A DNA stretch of 64,000 nucleotides from Felis catus. Lineage: Eukaryota. The position numbers were made by a program, and so were the translations under genes. The DNA lies in NCBI RefSeq assembly GCF_018350175.1, contig NC_058368.1, positions 194,992,001 through 195,056,000 of the forward strand. The letters run 5' to 3'. Below are positions 38,001 through 50,289 of this stretch, piece after piece. The notes under the pieces were generated by a model, which was not told the origin of the DNA, searched no databases, and saw only the letters and a list, made by a program, of their open reading frames with translations. The stretch's first letter is position 1. Every line of letters starts with the position of its first letter.

Positions 38001-40271
38001 GAGATTATTAATTACCTGCAGATGTAATTCCTGAAAGAGATCTGTTTCATAATTCATTTAATTCATCTAAGGCTAGTTTTCAAATGAAGGAGTCTTCAAG
38101 TTGTCCCCATCCACCCCACCCTCCATCCTCCATGCATTATAGGGAATGAGGAATATCCATGATCTCAATGGGGGGGGTTGCTTCATTTTTATGGAACATT
38201 TAGCGTTGTCAGCCCCACCCACTAAATGCCAGATGTGTGTGGTGTCTCTTCTCCCCTCCCCCCCAAAATCTCACCCATTTCCAAACGTCCTCTAGGAGGT
38301 ATTAACAGCCCCAGTTGAGAATCACTGCATCCAGTTAGTGCCCTTAAACCATGGAGTAGGAAAAACACCTATTGTGAAATGTATGGTTTAGCATTTATTT
38401 GTGAAAAAGGATTTCTAGGTTATCCATAATTTATGACTTTACAGTTACTACAACTTAAAAATTTTTTTCAAAAATATCTCCAGCTAAGTTTTTTTCTTTC
38501 CACCACAGGCTTAATATAAGCTACAAAAGTACAAGCTGAATGTCTTCCAATTATCACTGGCCTGGCCCAAATGAAGTGGTTACCAAATAGTTATTTAAAC
38601 TAACCCAAAAAACAGTCATGTGACTCAGTTATGTAATTTTCTTTATGTGAAGGAGATGTTCCCAATTTTCAAATATTTGAGGTACTGAGGACCGATAATA
38701 TCAAACTTCATTTTAGTTTAAGACTACACCCTTCAGCAAACCTAGAGTTTCCCAGTAACAACAAAACAAACATTCCTATACCTACTCATATACTGTCCTC
38801 AAACAGTCCAAAGGATTGAACACTGTTAAGAAAATAAATAAGTTAAATTTGACAACCTCGTTGCCCTTCAGATTAGTAGGACAAGTTATCACACAAAGGC
38901 TTGCTTCACAAATGTGCACACAAAACCTTCACCCACCTCACACCCAGCACTCAAGAAATTAACATACTATGTAAAACGAATATTAGTCTATATTGCCAGA
39001 TTAATTTTTCTTCCAGAAATATTTTAATAAAAATTGGCCATTTCCAAGGAACACCCACTGCATGCCCATCAATAAAAGAGAACCATAACAAAATAGAAAA
39101 TTTACCATATGCCTATGATTTAAGAAAAAAACTGGCAGACACTCAAGCACAAAGTCCAATATTAAAGTCATATTCCTTCTTACGGGCTATGATTAGGATT
39201 CTGAATAGATACCGAAATAAAATACAAATGCTGGACTATTTAGGTCAAAGGACCTCTAAAGAAGCATGTCTGTCCTCAAAGGCATTCCAGTTTGAGACTC
39301 AATTTAAGAATAAGGCATAAAACAAATGAACAGAAGACATACAAGGTGAAAGAGGGATTCTTCAATTCCCAACATACTCTACACCTGGTAAAACAAATCT
39401 AGACTTTTTTTTCTTTTTTATTTTTCTTTAAACAATTGCCAAGGCTGGAATCAAAGATAAATAGAAGGCACAACAGTTTTGCTCTGGGTTTTGTGTTCTT
39501 CGGATTTTGGGGTTTCTTTTTTTGTCGTTTTTTTGGTTTTTTTTTTTTTAAATACAAATTAAACATAAAAGACCCTACTTCAAAAGAAATCTAAATTAGT
39601 TGCATCCTAGACATTTAAAACCTATCTCACAAATTTAAATGATAAAAACAGTAGGTTTATAATTGTTTTGTGATCACATATCCAAAGGAAAAAAAACTCT
39701 ACTAACACCTTTTATTCAGTTTTTAACCAGACCAGCAAGAATCAAACTGTCAATTTTTCCAATGGCAATTTCTACACACCAGAAGGTAGTCATGACTCTC
39801 AAAGAAGAAACAATTTAGATTTTTCCTGCCTTCAAAATGTTTATCAAATCCTGTGTTTCTCACAGGCTTTTGAAACACATAGAAAATAAGAAATATTCCA
39901 ATGAATGAAACATACCAAATGTCAGTAATAAGGTAAGACACATTCCTTTGGGGAAACGGCTGTTAAAAAAAATCCAGTCTGTATATGCAAAAGTAAAGCA
40001 AGGAAATTCAGTCTTTTTCTCTTCTTTAAAAATCTGTTTTTCCTAAAATATCATTCCACAAAATTGGAAGTGAAGGACTAAAAGGTGAGGAGAGGGAAGG
40101 GAGGGAGAGGGAGCACACATCATTAACACAAAAAGTAAAATTGTACAAACTTAAGCAGTTTATAATAGACTAGGGTCATACTCCAGGATACCAAACGCTG
40201 GTATAAGAAATTCACCATTCTGCAGGAGCTAGAAGATTTGTACTGCTGCGTGAAGACCAACGAAGAGCAAT
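32020..40271 (-). other. G3BP1: Probable long G3BP1 3' UTR with several candidate poly(A) signals (distal end uncertain)
   Basis: Follows the stop codon; AT-rich and SINE-free. Minus-strand AATAAA at 39711, 39417, 38394, 36141, 34017, 33414, 33189 and 32041; ATTAAA at 39023-39028. Confidence 0.5.
38394..38399 (-). terminator. Candidate G3BP1 polyadenylation signal
   Basis: The - strand reads AATAAAtgctaaaccatacatttCAcaataGGTGTTTTT: hexamer, then CA, then a GU/U-rich downstream element. Confidence 0.5.
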
Positions 40272-40478
40272 TCACTGCCTTGGGGCAATTCCCCTTCCCA
40301 CTCCAAATCCTGGTTTCTGCACCATGCCTCCACGGGGCGGGCCTCTCATTCCACCACCCAGCCCACCTCGAGGACCTCCAGGTCCCCGCAGGCGGTTATC
40401 TCGACGGTCCCCTTCCCGGGCAGCTCGAGTCTTCTTCTCTTCCACATTCAGACGGACCTCACCTCTGAACATGATGGG
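40272..40478 (-). CDS. G3BP1: G3BP1 last coding exon (end of RRM, RGG region, stop)
   Basis: ctacag|[68 protein letters not shown]; 207 bp. Confidence 0.98.
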   Translation of the reverse strand, partial: PIMFRGEVRLNVEEKKTRAAREGDRRDNRLRGPGGPRGGLGGGMRGPPRGGMVQKPGFGVGRGIAPRQ

Positions 40479-41152
40479 CTGTAGAAACAAAGGGGAGCAG
40501 ACTTAAAGAGTGCTTATGGGATACCAACTACCAAAGATAAAACCAACAAAGCTATCATAAAGAAGCAGTAACTTACACATCAGCTACATTCTCAGTTTTT
40601 ATTTCAAGCTCAGAACACATCATTAAATAACATGGAAAGGTGGAGCTAGGCATGCAAACTGGTTCAAAAAAAGGACAATTTAAACAACACAGCAGTGCAA
40701 GTAACTTTCATTGTACTTCTATGAACAAAACCTATTTTCCCATAGAATTACATAAATAGAACAATAGAAGTAAGAACGGCCAAAAAAAAAAAAAAAAAAA
40801 AAAAAATTGCCACCTTCACCATGGATTTGAAGGCTTAGAATAAACCCCTATCATCACCTAATGTGGAAAGATGGGGCTACACATACTTCTGCAAAGTACA
40901 TATACATCTCAAAAACATTATTAATTTCATCTAAATAAAACTGTAACAAAATGCTATTTACCTTAACAAAATTTGGGACAATACTGAAGATAATAAAGAG
41001 GACCTTAGTGAAGAATAAAAAGATACATCCACACTAAATCTTGGGCCTTGCTTTTAGCCCAATAGATCTGAAGTAGAAAACAAAGGGTTACTCGAGATTT
41101 CAACAAATTCAATTTATGCTCCTCATTGGCACACACTGGTTTTCTAAGTGAC

Positions 41153-41378
41153 TTTTTCTTTTTTTTTTTTTTTACTTATTTTTGAGAGGGGGGCAGAGGG
41201 AGAAAGAGAGGGAGGGAGAGATGGGGAAGGGGCAAAAGGAGAGAGGGAGAATCCCAAGTAGGCTTCCACGCTATCATCAGCACGGAGCCCAACATGGGGC
41301 TTGAACTCTCCATCCATGAGATCATGACCTGAGCTATAAGAGTCGAATGTTTAACAAACTAAGCTACCCAGACACCCC
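41153..41378 (-). mobile_element. CAN-SINE
   Basis: Poly-T followed by a reverse SINE body; flanking AGTGAC repeats. Confidence 0.88.
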
Positions 41379-42790
41379 AGTGACATTTTTTGTTAAACAA
41401 ATACCTAAAAGTACTGACTCTGATAAGAAGTGTTCTATATGCCTCACATTTATTTAATGCTCACAACCACCCTTCAAGGGCTGTCATTACACTACTTTAG
41501 AGGCCAGCCAACTAAGGGCCAGGAATGTTCAGGAACTTAATGGGTCACAACATAAAGAGCAATGGGAGGAGGAGGAAATGAAGGGATCCTGACAGGCAAG
41601 TAAAAGCTTTGAACCATGAGGCTAAACTACAGCGTATCAAACACCATGGTCAGTCTTACATAAGCTATTTCTGTACTCATAAAAAATTACTGAAGGGAGT
41701 ATGGCAGAGGTCTGCCAATACAGTAAGGAGGAGGCAAAAGACAAGCTACACCTGAAGCTCCCAAAGTACAAAGGGGTGATGTGAAAGTACACATGAGGAA
41801 AGCTACGTAAAGGGTAGGGTGGGGAGGGGAGGCCCCTTTGAGTTGATTTATATTTAAAATTCTGATTAAATACATAAATTTGTATTTGTACATTCATAAA
41901 TATATTTAACACTAAAATATTTATGTAATGTTTTAATATTCACACTATATTAAATCACTTCACACACATGAATCTGATGCACTGTTCCAGGCAATATTCT
42001 ACATACAATGGGGAAAATAAAACCATACTAAAGTCTAAAAGGTAAGAGAAGTTGGAGAGGTTTTAAAAGGCAGTGATTGAAGACATCTCTGGGTAGTTAT
42101 CACAAGGGTAGAAGCAATTTGAATGAGAAAAAGGTCTCAGACATACAGCCTCTGAGAAAATTTCAAAAAGTTCTTATGCATAAAGATGCCATGGCTTATC
42201 CATGTGCATTAAATGAAACAAACCCCCCTTACCTTAGACAATTAACTAAAAAGCCAGTTATCAGGTCTGACCTCTTTTGGCCCACTGGGAGTATCCTACC
42301 CTCTAAGGATGAATTCAAGGCTGCACCACAAAGGTGCACTGGACCTTTTGCATGCTGAATTATGGATTTCTGCACAAGACCTCTGGGACATTTCTAGGTT
42401 CAGTATTCTGTGCCTATGCTAAGAAAAGCCACTGTTCTCTCCTTACTTCTAAGTGTTTTTGGAGATGCATCATAAAAATACTGGTGAAATAGTTTAAGAG
42501 ATTAAATACACATTTGCAGATTAAGGCTCACTTAATGTTATGACCACAACAGTAAACTGGACAGTATAACAATCAACATTCTGAAGAACATCAGAAGTTC
42601 TACAGAACCTCTGGGAAATAATGACCTACAAGATTTTTATTACATGGTTAAGACAATGTGTAGTTTTAATCTGCAGAGACTGAAAGATGAGTTGTTGTGG
42701 GCAACTTTTGATGCAAATGCTTTGTAGACAGACAGGTGATGACTGCACATCATGTATTACAAGCCATTAATTTTTATACTTTACAATAAT

Positions 42791-42965
42791 GGGAGGCCTG
42801 GGTGGCTCAGTCAGATAAGTGTCCGACTCTTGACTTAGGCTCAGGTCATGATCTCTCAGGGTTCATGGCTTCGAGCTCTGCGCTGACATCAGGTACCCTG
42901 CTTGGGATGCTCTCTCCCCCTTTCTCTCTGCCCCTCTCCCTCCGGCGCTCTCTCAAACTTAAAAT
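42791..42965 (+). mobile_element. CAN-SINE (older, diverged)
   Basis: Head 'gcctgggtggctcagtcagataagtgtccgactcttgac'. Confidence 0.85.
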
Positions 42966-43609
42966 GATTAACTTTATGTTATATGAATTTCACTTCAATT
43001 TTTTTTTAAGTGAGATTGTTTTAAATCCCACACCCATCACGATAAATTAACAGTATTTACACTTTTGTTCTCTACTACTATTACAGAAAGTGTTTTGTGC
43101 TAATGAAAGATGTGGAGGAAGGGAAGGGTTTCTTAACCACACAGTAGTAAGATTCCAAATCTACCAAATCCCTCTATTATTAGAAAGTACCTGTAGGAAG
43201 AAGTACTGTTAATAACATTGGTCCAGGCTGGGTGACTCCAAACCTACACACCTGCCCCGGGAAAACTGGCTCTTAAGTTATCTTAGTTAAAAGCAACACT
43301 GTATTTCATCTCCTAAACCAAAAATCACCAAGGAAAGAAATCTGCATAAATTTCAGTGCACTGGTAACTATTAGTTATCTCATTCTCATCATTTGACTCA
43401 AAAATAAAGTTATTTAGACAGTAGTTTTGTTACTCTCAACTCCCAGGCAAGTCTTTTAACAATAATGGCCCATCACAATGGAACATACTACCAAAACATG
43501 TTGGAATAAATTGTACTTTCCATGTAAGAGATATTTGTAAAACGAATATATTCAAAGATCCAAGTTATACTTATAAAAAAAGAAAAAAAAAAGATGAAAA
43601 ACTGCTTAC

Positions 43610-43719
43610 CCTGTTGCTAAGGACCTTCTGAACAGGCTCAGAATCATCAAACACAACAAAACCAAAATTGGGTAATTTCCCGCCACTGTTAATGCGTAGC
43701 TCCACCACATTCCCATAAC
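43610..43719 (-). CDS. G3BP1: G3BP1 exon 11 (RRM)
   Basis: 110 bp, ttgcag| to |gtaagc; (S)[36 protein letters not shown]. Confidence 0.97.
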
Positions 43720-43799
43720 CTGCAAAGGAAACAAAGACTCTCAAGTAACATCTTAGAACATTTCCTTTAAATATTATACACACACTAATCAATGACAGC

Positions 43800-44075
43800 C
43801 TCTAGTCAACATGGGGCTACAGACCGCTTGTAATGTGGCTAGTCCAAAATAAGAAGTGCCGTAAGTGTAATACACACTCGACTTCAAAGACTTAATATGG
43901 AAAAATGTAAAACAGCTCTTATTTTTACATGTTGAAATGATGTTTTTGACACACTGGGTTAAATCAAATATTAAAATTAAATTATCCAGTTTCTTTTTAC
44001 CTTTTAAAATGTAACCAGTAAAAAAAATTAAATAAAATAACCACTAGAAAACTTAAAATTACATATGTAATTCAC
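43800..44075. mobile_element. hAT-Charlie MITE remnant (MER33/MER3-like)
   Basis: 'aatgtggctagtcc...gtaagtgtaatacacac...cttcaaagactta...ttaaaattacatatgt'. Confidence 0.7.
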
Positions 44076-44154
44076 TTAGATGAATGAATCTAGTGTTTAA
44101 ATCTCAACAGATAGATGTATTAGGTAAATCTAGCACTTAAAACTCAGGAACTTA

Positions 44155-44380
44155 GGGGCGCCTGGGTGGCTCAGTTGGTTGGGCATCCAACTTCGGCTCA
44201 GGTCATGATCTCGCGGTCCATGAGTTCGAGCCCCGCATCGGGCTCTGTGCTGACAGCTCAGAGCCTGGAGCCTGTTTCGGATTCTGTGTCTCCCTCTCTC
44301 TCTGACCTTCCCCCATTCATGCTGTCTCTCTCTGTCTCAAAAATGAATAAACGTTAAAAAAAATTAAAAAATTTTTTTTA
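44155..44380 (+). mobile_element. SINEC_Fc with 16-bp TSD adjoining the G3BP1 exon 10 donor
   Basis: TSD AAAACTCAGGAACTTA at 44139-44154 and 44381-44396. Confidence 0.96.
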
Positions 44381-44397
44381 AAAACTCAGGAACTTAC

Positions 44398-44526
44398 TTT
44401 GAAAAAAATCTTTAAGTTCCGATTTATCCACTTCATGTGGCAGATTGCCAATGAAAAGTTGGTGACTATCAGGGTGTCTCACAATTCTTCGGGGTTCAAC
44501 ATCACCTTGCTCACCAGCCTCACGGA
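44398..44526 (-). CDS. G3BP1: G3BP1 exon 10 (start of RRM)
   Basis: 129 bp, cttaag| to |gtaagt; (I)[42 protein letters not shown]. Confidence 0.97.
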
Positions 44527-44730
44527 CTTAAGAAAACAAAAACAGCAGCAATGAAAGAGAAAGACATTTTCAGTGGCTATTTCAATTACTTTTTTCTCCA
44601 CCCCCAAACACAGGTAATTCCATCAGCCCCATAATTTATTTTTAAAGTAGAAAATATCAACCACCCCTAAAGAACAAGCTCTCACCTCAAAATCCCCCAA
44701 ACCAGAGAAGTCACCCTTCTGAGCTCTTAC

Positions 44731-44842
44731 TTGGTCTAGGTCCCCTCTGGGGAGGAATATTTATTCGTTGTTCTCGCACTCTCTGATCCCTCTGAGGCCT
44801 CTGCGGTGGAATCTGAGATTCAGGCTTAGACTCCGGACGAGG
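44731..44842 (-). CDS. G3BP1: G3BP1 exon 9 (proline-rich linker)
   Basis: 112 bp, tttcag| to |gtaaga; PRPESKPESQIPPQRPQRDQRVREQRINIPPQRGPRP. Confidence 0.97.
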
Positions 44843-44945
44843 CTGAAAAAAATTGTAAGTTAACCTCTGTGTAAAAAGAAAGCAAGCTTACCTTTTTTCC
44901 TGTAAAGTTTCTTAGCTAACAATAAGGTTTAAAGAGAAAATGACA

Positions 44946-45320
44946 GGGGTGCCTGGGTGGCTGAGTTGGTTAAGCGTCCGACTCTTGGTTTCAGGTCATG
45001 ATCTCATGGCTTTGTGGGTTTGAGCCCCACATTGGGCTCTGTGCTGGCAATGTGGAGCCTGCTTGAGATTCTCTCTCTCACCCTCTCTCTGCCTCTCCCC
45101 AACTTGTACTATCTCTGTTTCTCTCAAAATAAACTTTCAGCGTCCAACTTTGGCTCAGATCATGATCTCGCAGTTCGTGAGTTCAAGCCCTGCATCGGGC
45201 TCTGTGCTGACAGCTCAGAGCCTGGGCCTACTTCAGATTCTGTGTCTCCCTCTCTTTCTCTCTTGAAACTAATTAAACATTAAAAAAAAAATTGTTTTAA
45301 TAAAAATAAAAATAAAAATA
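44946..45320 (+). mobile_element. Two tandem CAN-SINEs (the second is 5'-truncated)
   Basis: Full head at 44946; a second body begins 'cagcgtccaactttggctcag' near 45138; AAAA(C)TGACA flanks the pair. Confidence 0.88.
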
Positions 45321-45473
45321 AAAACTGACAACTCTCCAAAAAAGGAAATTATTAAAAACCACCCTGTACTCTTCTCTGCTCTGTGTACCAGTTCCCACAT
45401 TCTCCAAACCTATGTGAACCACATTACATGAAATACAAGCAAATGTGCCCAATATACAAGCTTAGAAACCCAC

Positions 45474-45575
45474 CTGCGAAGCTGGTACTTTAACAACGTG
45501 AGGTGGTATCCCAGTAACCGGAACAGCTCCACTGGGTGGAAGGTTCTTACTGGTCACAGATGCCCAAGAAAATGT
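45474..45575 (-). CDS. G3BP1: G3BP1 exon 8
   Basis: 102 bp, cttag| to |gtgggt; [34 protein letters not shown]. Confidence 0.97.
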
Positions 45576-46826
45576 CTAAGAGAACAACATTACTTGATTA
45601 CCCCTTTCAAAATAATATAAAAGCTATTAGTCCTTAATTTCTTGTACATAATATATGCGTCACATTTTCATACTAGGTAGGATGTTGTTCGTTAAGTATC
45701 TTGAGATTCCTTTTCTTCCCCTACTTACAAATTTAGTTTTAAAATCCCCTAGGACTAGTCATCAAGTATCAGCAAAGTAAGAAAAGGTTTAAGGTCTAAG
45801 AAGCTACTTTCACTCAATTTCAGGTTTGTGAATCAAAGAAAATTCTTTCTCCTTCAAAACCAGCTTCCTTCTAGGATTCTCCCAATTAATGGTACAAACA
45901 TCAACCCTGTTACATCAACTTTACAATTCCCTTGAACACCTTTTCAATCCGTATCAAACTTCCCAATTCTTACTATTTACAGCTTAACTACCTTCACTGC
46001 CACAACCTTAATCCCAGGTGTCAAGATTTCTCTCCAGGGCTACAATAGCAGTCACCTAACTAGTCATTCCTTCTCAATCCAGCCAACCTACTTTTCTCCC
46101 TGCAAGCTCAAGTCATTTCCTATTCACCTAATCACTGCCCTCTAGAGAGAGACCAAGAACCCTACCTGTTTTACCAATATCTCCCACACCCAAAACAATG
46201 ACCAGCAGAGATGCTTGAACTATTAAATAAATGATATAAGAAAGAACCTTAAGAATCCTGACCCCATAAATACAGCACAAAACACATTCCTTCACAGAAC
46301 ACCAAATGTAAATGTTCTGTGATCCCAGTTAACATCACCCTGAAATGCCTCAGGAGTAACAGAAAAGCTTTGAACTTTGAAATCAAGTATTCTAATTAGA
46401 AAAGTAGCTGTAGTTTGGCAATTTGTTTCTACTTCTACTGTAAAGTTATCCTCAATTAGAGTCAGAAAAAAAGCAGGAAAAAGTCTGTTGTGCCATGATA
46501 TATTCTTAAAAGGTACATTATCACTTGTTTTTAACAAGCATTATTTTCAAACAAAATATTTAAAAAATGTGAGGTTGTTGATATGGTGATAAAAGAGCAC
46601 CTGAAACTTCTGGTCTAAAAGTATTCAAGTTTCCTTGGGTGGGGAGGAGAATTACTTTCAGAAAACAATATGCATCTTAATTCCTATCTGAGGTATGGCT
46701 CATTAGGTAGTAAGTTTCCCTGAACAAATGAAAACATACCCATAAAGTCCACCAAACAGTACTATAAAGGAAGAGAGGTTTTTAAAAATCACCTAGAAAC
46801 AGGAAGAAGGAAGACATACTACATAC

Positions 46827-47028
46827 CCTCAGGTCTTCCTGTACTGTCTGTGCTATGTCTGCAGGTGCTGGGGAAGAACTCTTCTGGGCATCCTCAGGAG
46901 CAGTTTCTTCCAACACTGGCTCAGACTTTTCCTCTTGGATTTCAGAAACAGGTTCTTGTTCCGGTTCTGGTTCAGGATCAGGCTCTGGTTCAGCAACAGG
47001 TTCCTCTAAATGTTCTTCCAAATCATTG
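46827..47028 (-). CDS. G3BP1: G3BP1 exon 7 (acidic disordered region)
   Basis: 202 bp, ccaaag| to |gtatgt; (S)NDLEEHLEEPVAEPEPDPEPEPEQEPVSEIQEEKSEPVLEETAPEDAQKSSSPAPADIAQTVQEDLR. Confidence 0.97.
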
Positions 47029-47436
47029 CTTTGGAAAATTTGAGAAACATCATTCTGCCTCCACTGATTTAGCAAGAAACTCCCAAGTATTTATTAACTA
47101 TAGAGACCTGAACCAAAAAATAGCTCCCTGTCTCCAAAAAAAGATCTGAGTATTAAACCAAGACAACTCCTTAGAAAAGCATTCAATGAGCAAATCAGAT
47201 TTGCTAAATTCTCCTAAGCAAATACATCAAAAACAGATCAAAATGAACCAAATCGTGGTTTCTGTTACAATCCTGAAACTATCACAATTCACTTAGCTAA
47301 CCACACATACAAAAAGACTAACAGCTTGTGGGGAAGGGGAAAAGAGTTGTTCAAAGGTTACATTTTACTTTTGCAAGATGAAAAGTTCTAGAGACCTGTT
47401 GTACAAATATTTGCATATAGTTAACATTACTACTCT

Positions 47437-47599
47437 GGGGCGGCACCTGGGTGGCTCAGTCAGTTAAGCGTCCCACTCTTGATTTCAGCTCAGGTCATGA
47501 TCTCATGGCTTTGTGGGTTTGAGCCCGGCATGGGGCTCCGGCTCCGTGCTCACAGAGTGGAGCCTGCTTGGGATTCATTCATTCATTCATATTCATTCA

Positions 47600-47650
<51 letters not shown>

Positions 47651-47702
47651 CCTACCTGGCTTGCACTGTCAAAATAAACAAACTTTAAAAAGGAAAAAAC
47701 AA
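47437..47702 (+). mobile_element. CAN-SINE with (ATTC)n(CT)n, nested in an old L1 3'-end fragment (~47300-47775)
   Basis: SINE head and body; flanking AA(C/T)ATTACTAC; surrounding L1M-like 'gcaagatgaaaagttctagag...cacttaaaaatggttaa'. Confidence 0.85.
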
Positions 47703-48277
47703 ATATTACTACACAGTGCACTTAAAAATGGTTAACAAGGTAAAATTTGTATTACGCGGTTTTTAACATCAAAAAAAACCTCTCAGAACTTTAAAAAAAA
47801 ATCACACCAGTAATTCTTGAGAAAGAAGTTATGATTCAGAAGACTTCTTCTTAAACCTTCCAGGAATGTTTGTTAATGCTGCAAATGATTTCCCCCTGAA
47901 ATTCTAATTGCAGGTTTGTGGTGGGACAACAGATCTTTTTCAACTTGCAACCCAGGTGAGTAATGTGGTTAGTTTGTCACCACACCTGGAGAAACACGAA
48001 AACATCCTTTAAGTACTAAGTACTAAGAGTTTCATATCAGATGACAAGTAAATATTTCTATTCCTATCATATTTCTGTTCCGTTGCAGATTAAAAAAAGT
48101 TTAAGATATAGTCACACATTTAGTGTCTGAGTTAATGAAATTATTTAATTCATGTCTGAATTTCTATCAATTTATGCTTGATCTCTAAATTAAGTCCTTG
48201 AATATATTTATTCCCCACAAAGCACTTAATGCAATGCCTTGATGTGTTAAATACTTGATAAGAAATCCCCCAAATCA

Positions 48278-48600
48278 GGGGCACCTGTCTGTCTCAGTTG
48301 GTAAAGCATGAGACTCCTGACAGAGGTTGTGAGTTCCAGCCCCATGATGGGTATGGAGATTTACTTAAAAATAAAATCTTTGAGGGGCACCTGGGTGGCT
48401 CAGTTAGTTAAACGTCCAACTTGACTTCAACTCGGGTCACGATCTCAGGGTTCCTGGGTTCAAGCCCCACATTGGGCTCTGTGCGGACAGCATGGAACCT
48501 GCTTGGGATTCTCTCCCTCTCTCTCTGCACCCTGACCCCTGAGCTTATGCTCTCTCTCCCTCTCAAAAAAATAAATAAACAAACATTTTTAAAAAATAAA
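48278..48600 (+). mobile_element. Short old tRNA-derived SINE plus a CAN-SINE (48384-48600) inserted at its tail
   Basis: Two GGGGCACCTG heads; AAAATAAAATCTT(T/G)GAG flanks the second element. Confidence 0.85.
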
Positions 48601-48898
48601 ATAAAATCTTGGAGGAAAAAAATAATCCCAAAATCTATTTTTCACTTATGGCCAAGAAAAAAATGAAACCAAAAAGCAACTGATGGATACTATTTAAGTA
48701 AGTTCTCATTGTGCAATAGGAATTAAAACAAGTTATAACATTTTTGTTAGCTCAGAGATACCAAAAGCAAAACCTTTCTTTTAGGAAATTAGTTATTTTC
48801 AGAGATAATTCTGAGAATATACGACTGCCCTCCAACAAAGGGAAAGACTAGACAACCCAAATTCTCATGCAGCTCTGGACAGATAAAGTTTTTCTTAC

Positions 48899-48992
48899 CT
48901 GACAGTCTGATCATAGAAAGTTCCAGATTCATCAGGTACTACCTCAGGTGTCTGCTGTCTTTCTTCAGGTTCCTCTACCTCTTCCTCAGATT
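48899..48992 (-). CDS. G3BP1: G3BP1 exon 6 (contains S149)
   Basis: 94 bp, atttag| to |gtaaga; (E)SEEEVEEPEERQQTPEVVPDESGTFYDQTV(S). Confidence 0.97.
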
Positions 48993-49038
48993 CTAAATGA
49001 GTAAAGAAACAAAGTAATTTGTGCTTAATTCTCAAATA

Positions 49039-49371
49039 CAACTGACCCTTAAACAAGACAGGTTTCAACTGTGTGGGTCCACTTATATGTAGATTTTTCT
49101 CATTAAATACAGTACAGTACTGTAAATGGATTTTCTCTTCCTTATGATTTTAATAACATTTCCTTTTCTCTAGCTTACTTTAAGAATACAGCACATAATA
49201 CATTTAACATACAAAATACATGTTAATCGACTTATGTTATCAGTAGTTTCCAGTCAACAGTAGGCTATTGGTAGTTAACAAGTTTATAGAGAGTCTAAAG
49301 TTCTATGCAGATTTTTGACTGGGGGGGGGGGGGTTAGCACCCCAACACTCATATTGTTCAAAGGTCAACAT
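49039..49371. mobile_element. Tigger2-derived non-autonomous DNA transposon (MER28/Tigger2a-like)
   Basis: Imperfect terminal inverted repeats 'caactgacccttaaacaa' and 'ttgttcaaaggtcaaca', flanked by TA. Confidence 0.8.
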
Positions 49372-49409
49372 TATATTCATTTTTACAGTGTTCATCACCA
49401 TCAAAAAAG

Positions 49410-49575
49410 TAGTGAGTGGGGGGATGAGTTAAATAGGTGATGGGGATTAAGGGGTACACTTGTACTGAGCACCTAACGTTATATGGAAGTGTGGAATCAC
49501 TACAGTGTACACATGAAATTAATATTACACTGCATGTTAACTGGAATTTAAATAAAAACTTTAAGAGAAAAAATG
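49410..49575 (+). mobile_element. Short carnivore L1 3'-end fragment
   Basis: 'aaataggtgatggggattaagg...tatatggaagtgtggaatcacta...gttaactggaatttaaataaaaa'. Confidence 0.7.
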
Positions 49576-49921
49576 AAATAAAAACATATATATAGAAAGT
49601 AAATAAAACACAGAAATTTGGTAAAATCATGGGAAAAGCTGTAAGGACAGAATTAAGGCTAATGTAGTGGCTGGGTTAAGAATAAGAACATGTAATCTGA
49701 GGTCATTTTGAGGCCCATAATCCAATGCAGGCTCTACCACGTAACTAGCTATATACAACATCAGGCAAATTACTGCTCTGTGTCTCAGTGGCCTCATCTA
49801 TAAAATGAGAACAGTACTTAAAGTACTTATCTATAAGGCAGTTGTATTATACAATAAATATACAGTACTTAAATTTTTATTTCAGCCATATAAGAAGTAC
49901 TGATATACTAATTATTATTAG

Positions 49922-50289
49922 TGTTTAGAGACCATTCTTCAGGTGTCTCTCATGTTTCTTCTGCACATCTTACAACTAAGGCAATGGCTACCTTTTGCTC
50001 CAGACTATCCTTTAGAAATATTTATACAGCAGCCTCAGAAAAGCGTCTCCCTCCAGAGCAAAGGGTAGGCACTTACTCCCTATTGTAAAAGATTATGATC
50101 CTTGAACTTAAGGTTCTACTCTTGCAATGCACCCTGCTACAATGCAGGTGTCGTGCAGTTCATGAGATCTACCATTGTTGCAGTGAGTAATTACCTACTA
50201 CTGACTTTGGAGTTTTAGGTCTTCCGTGAAGCAGGTTGACCTGTTAGATTCGAGTAGGTTAAAAACTCAGACATTCCCCTGTCTTGACA
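49922..50289. mobile_element. ERVL-class solo LTR (MER77/MER68-like)
   Basis: TG...CA termini with a perfect 5-bp TSD ATTAG (49917-49921 and 50290-50294); internal 'gtctccctccagagcaaaggg'. Confidence 0.75.

Noticed and set aside
38901..39320. 139-aa + strand ORF
   Set aside because: Non-ATG start, antisense to the G3BP1 3' UTR, and no recognisable protein similarity.
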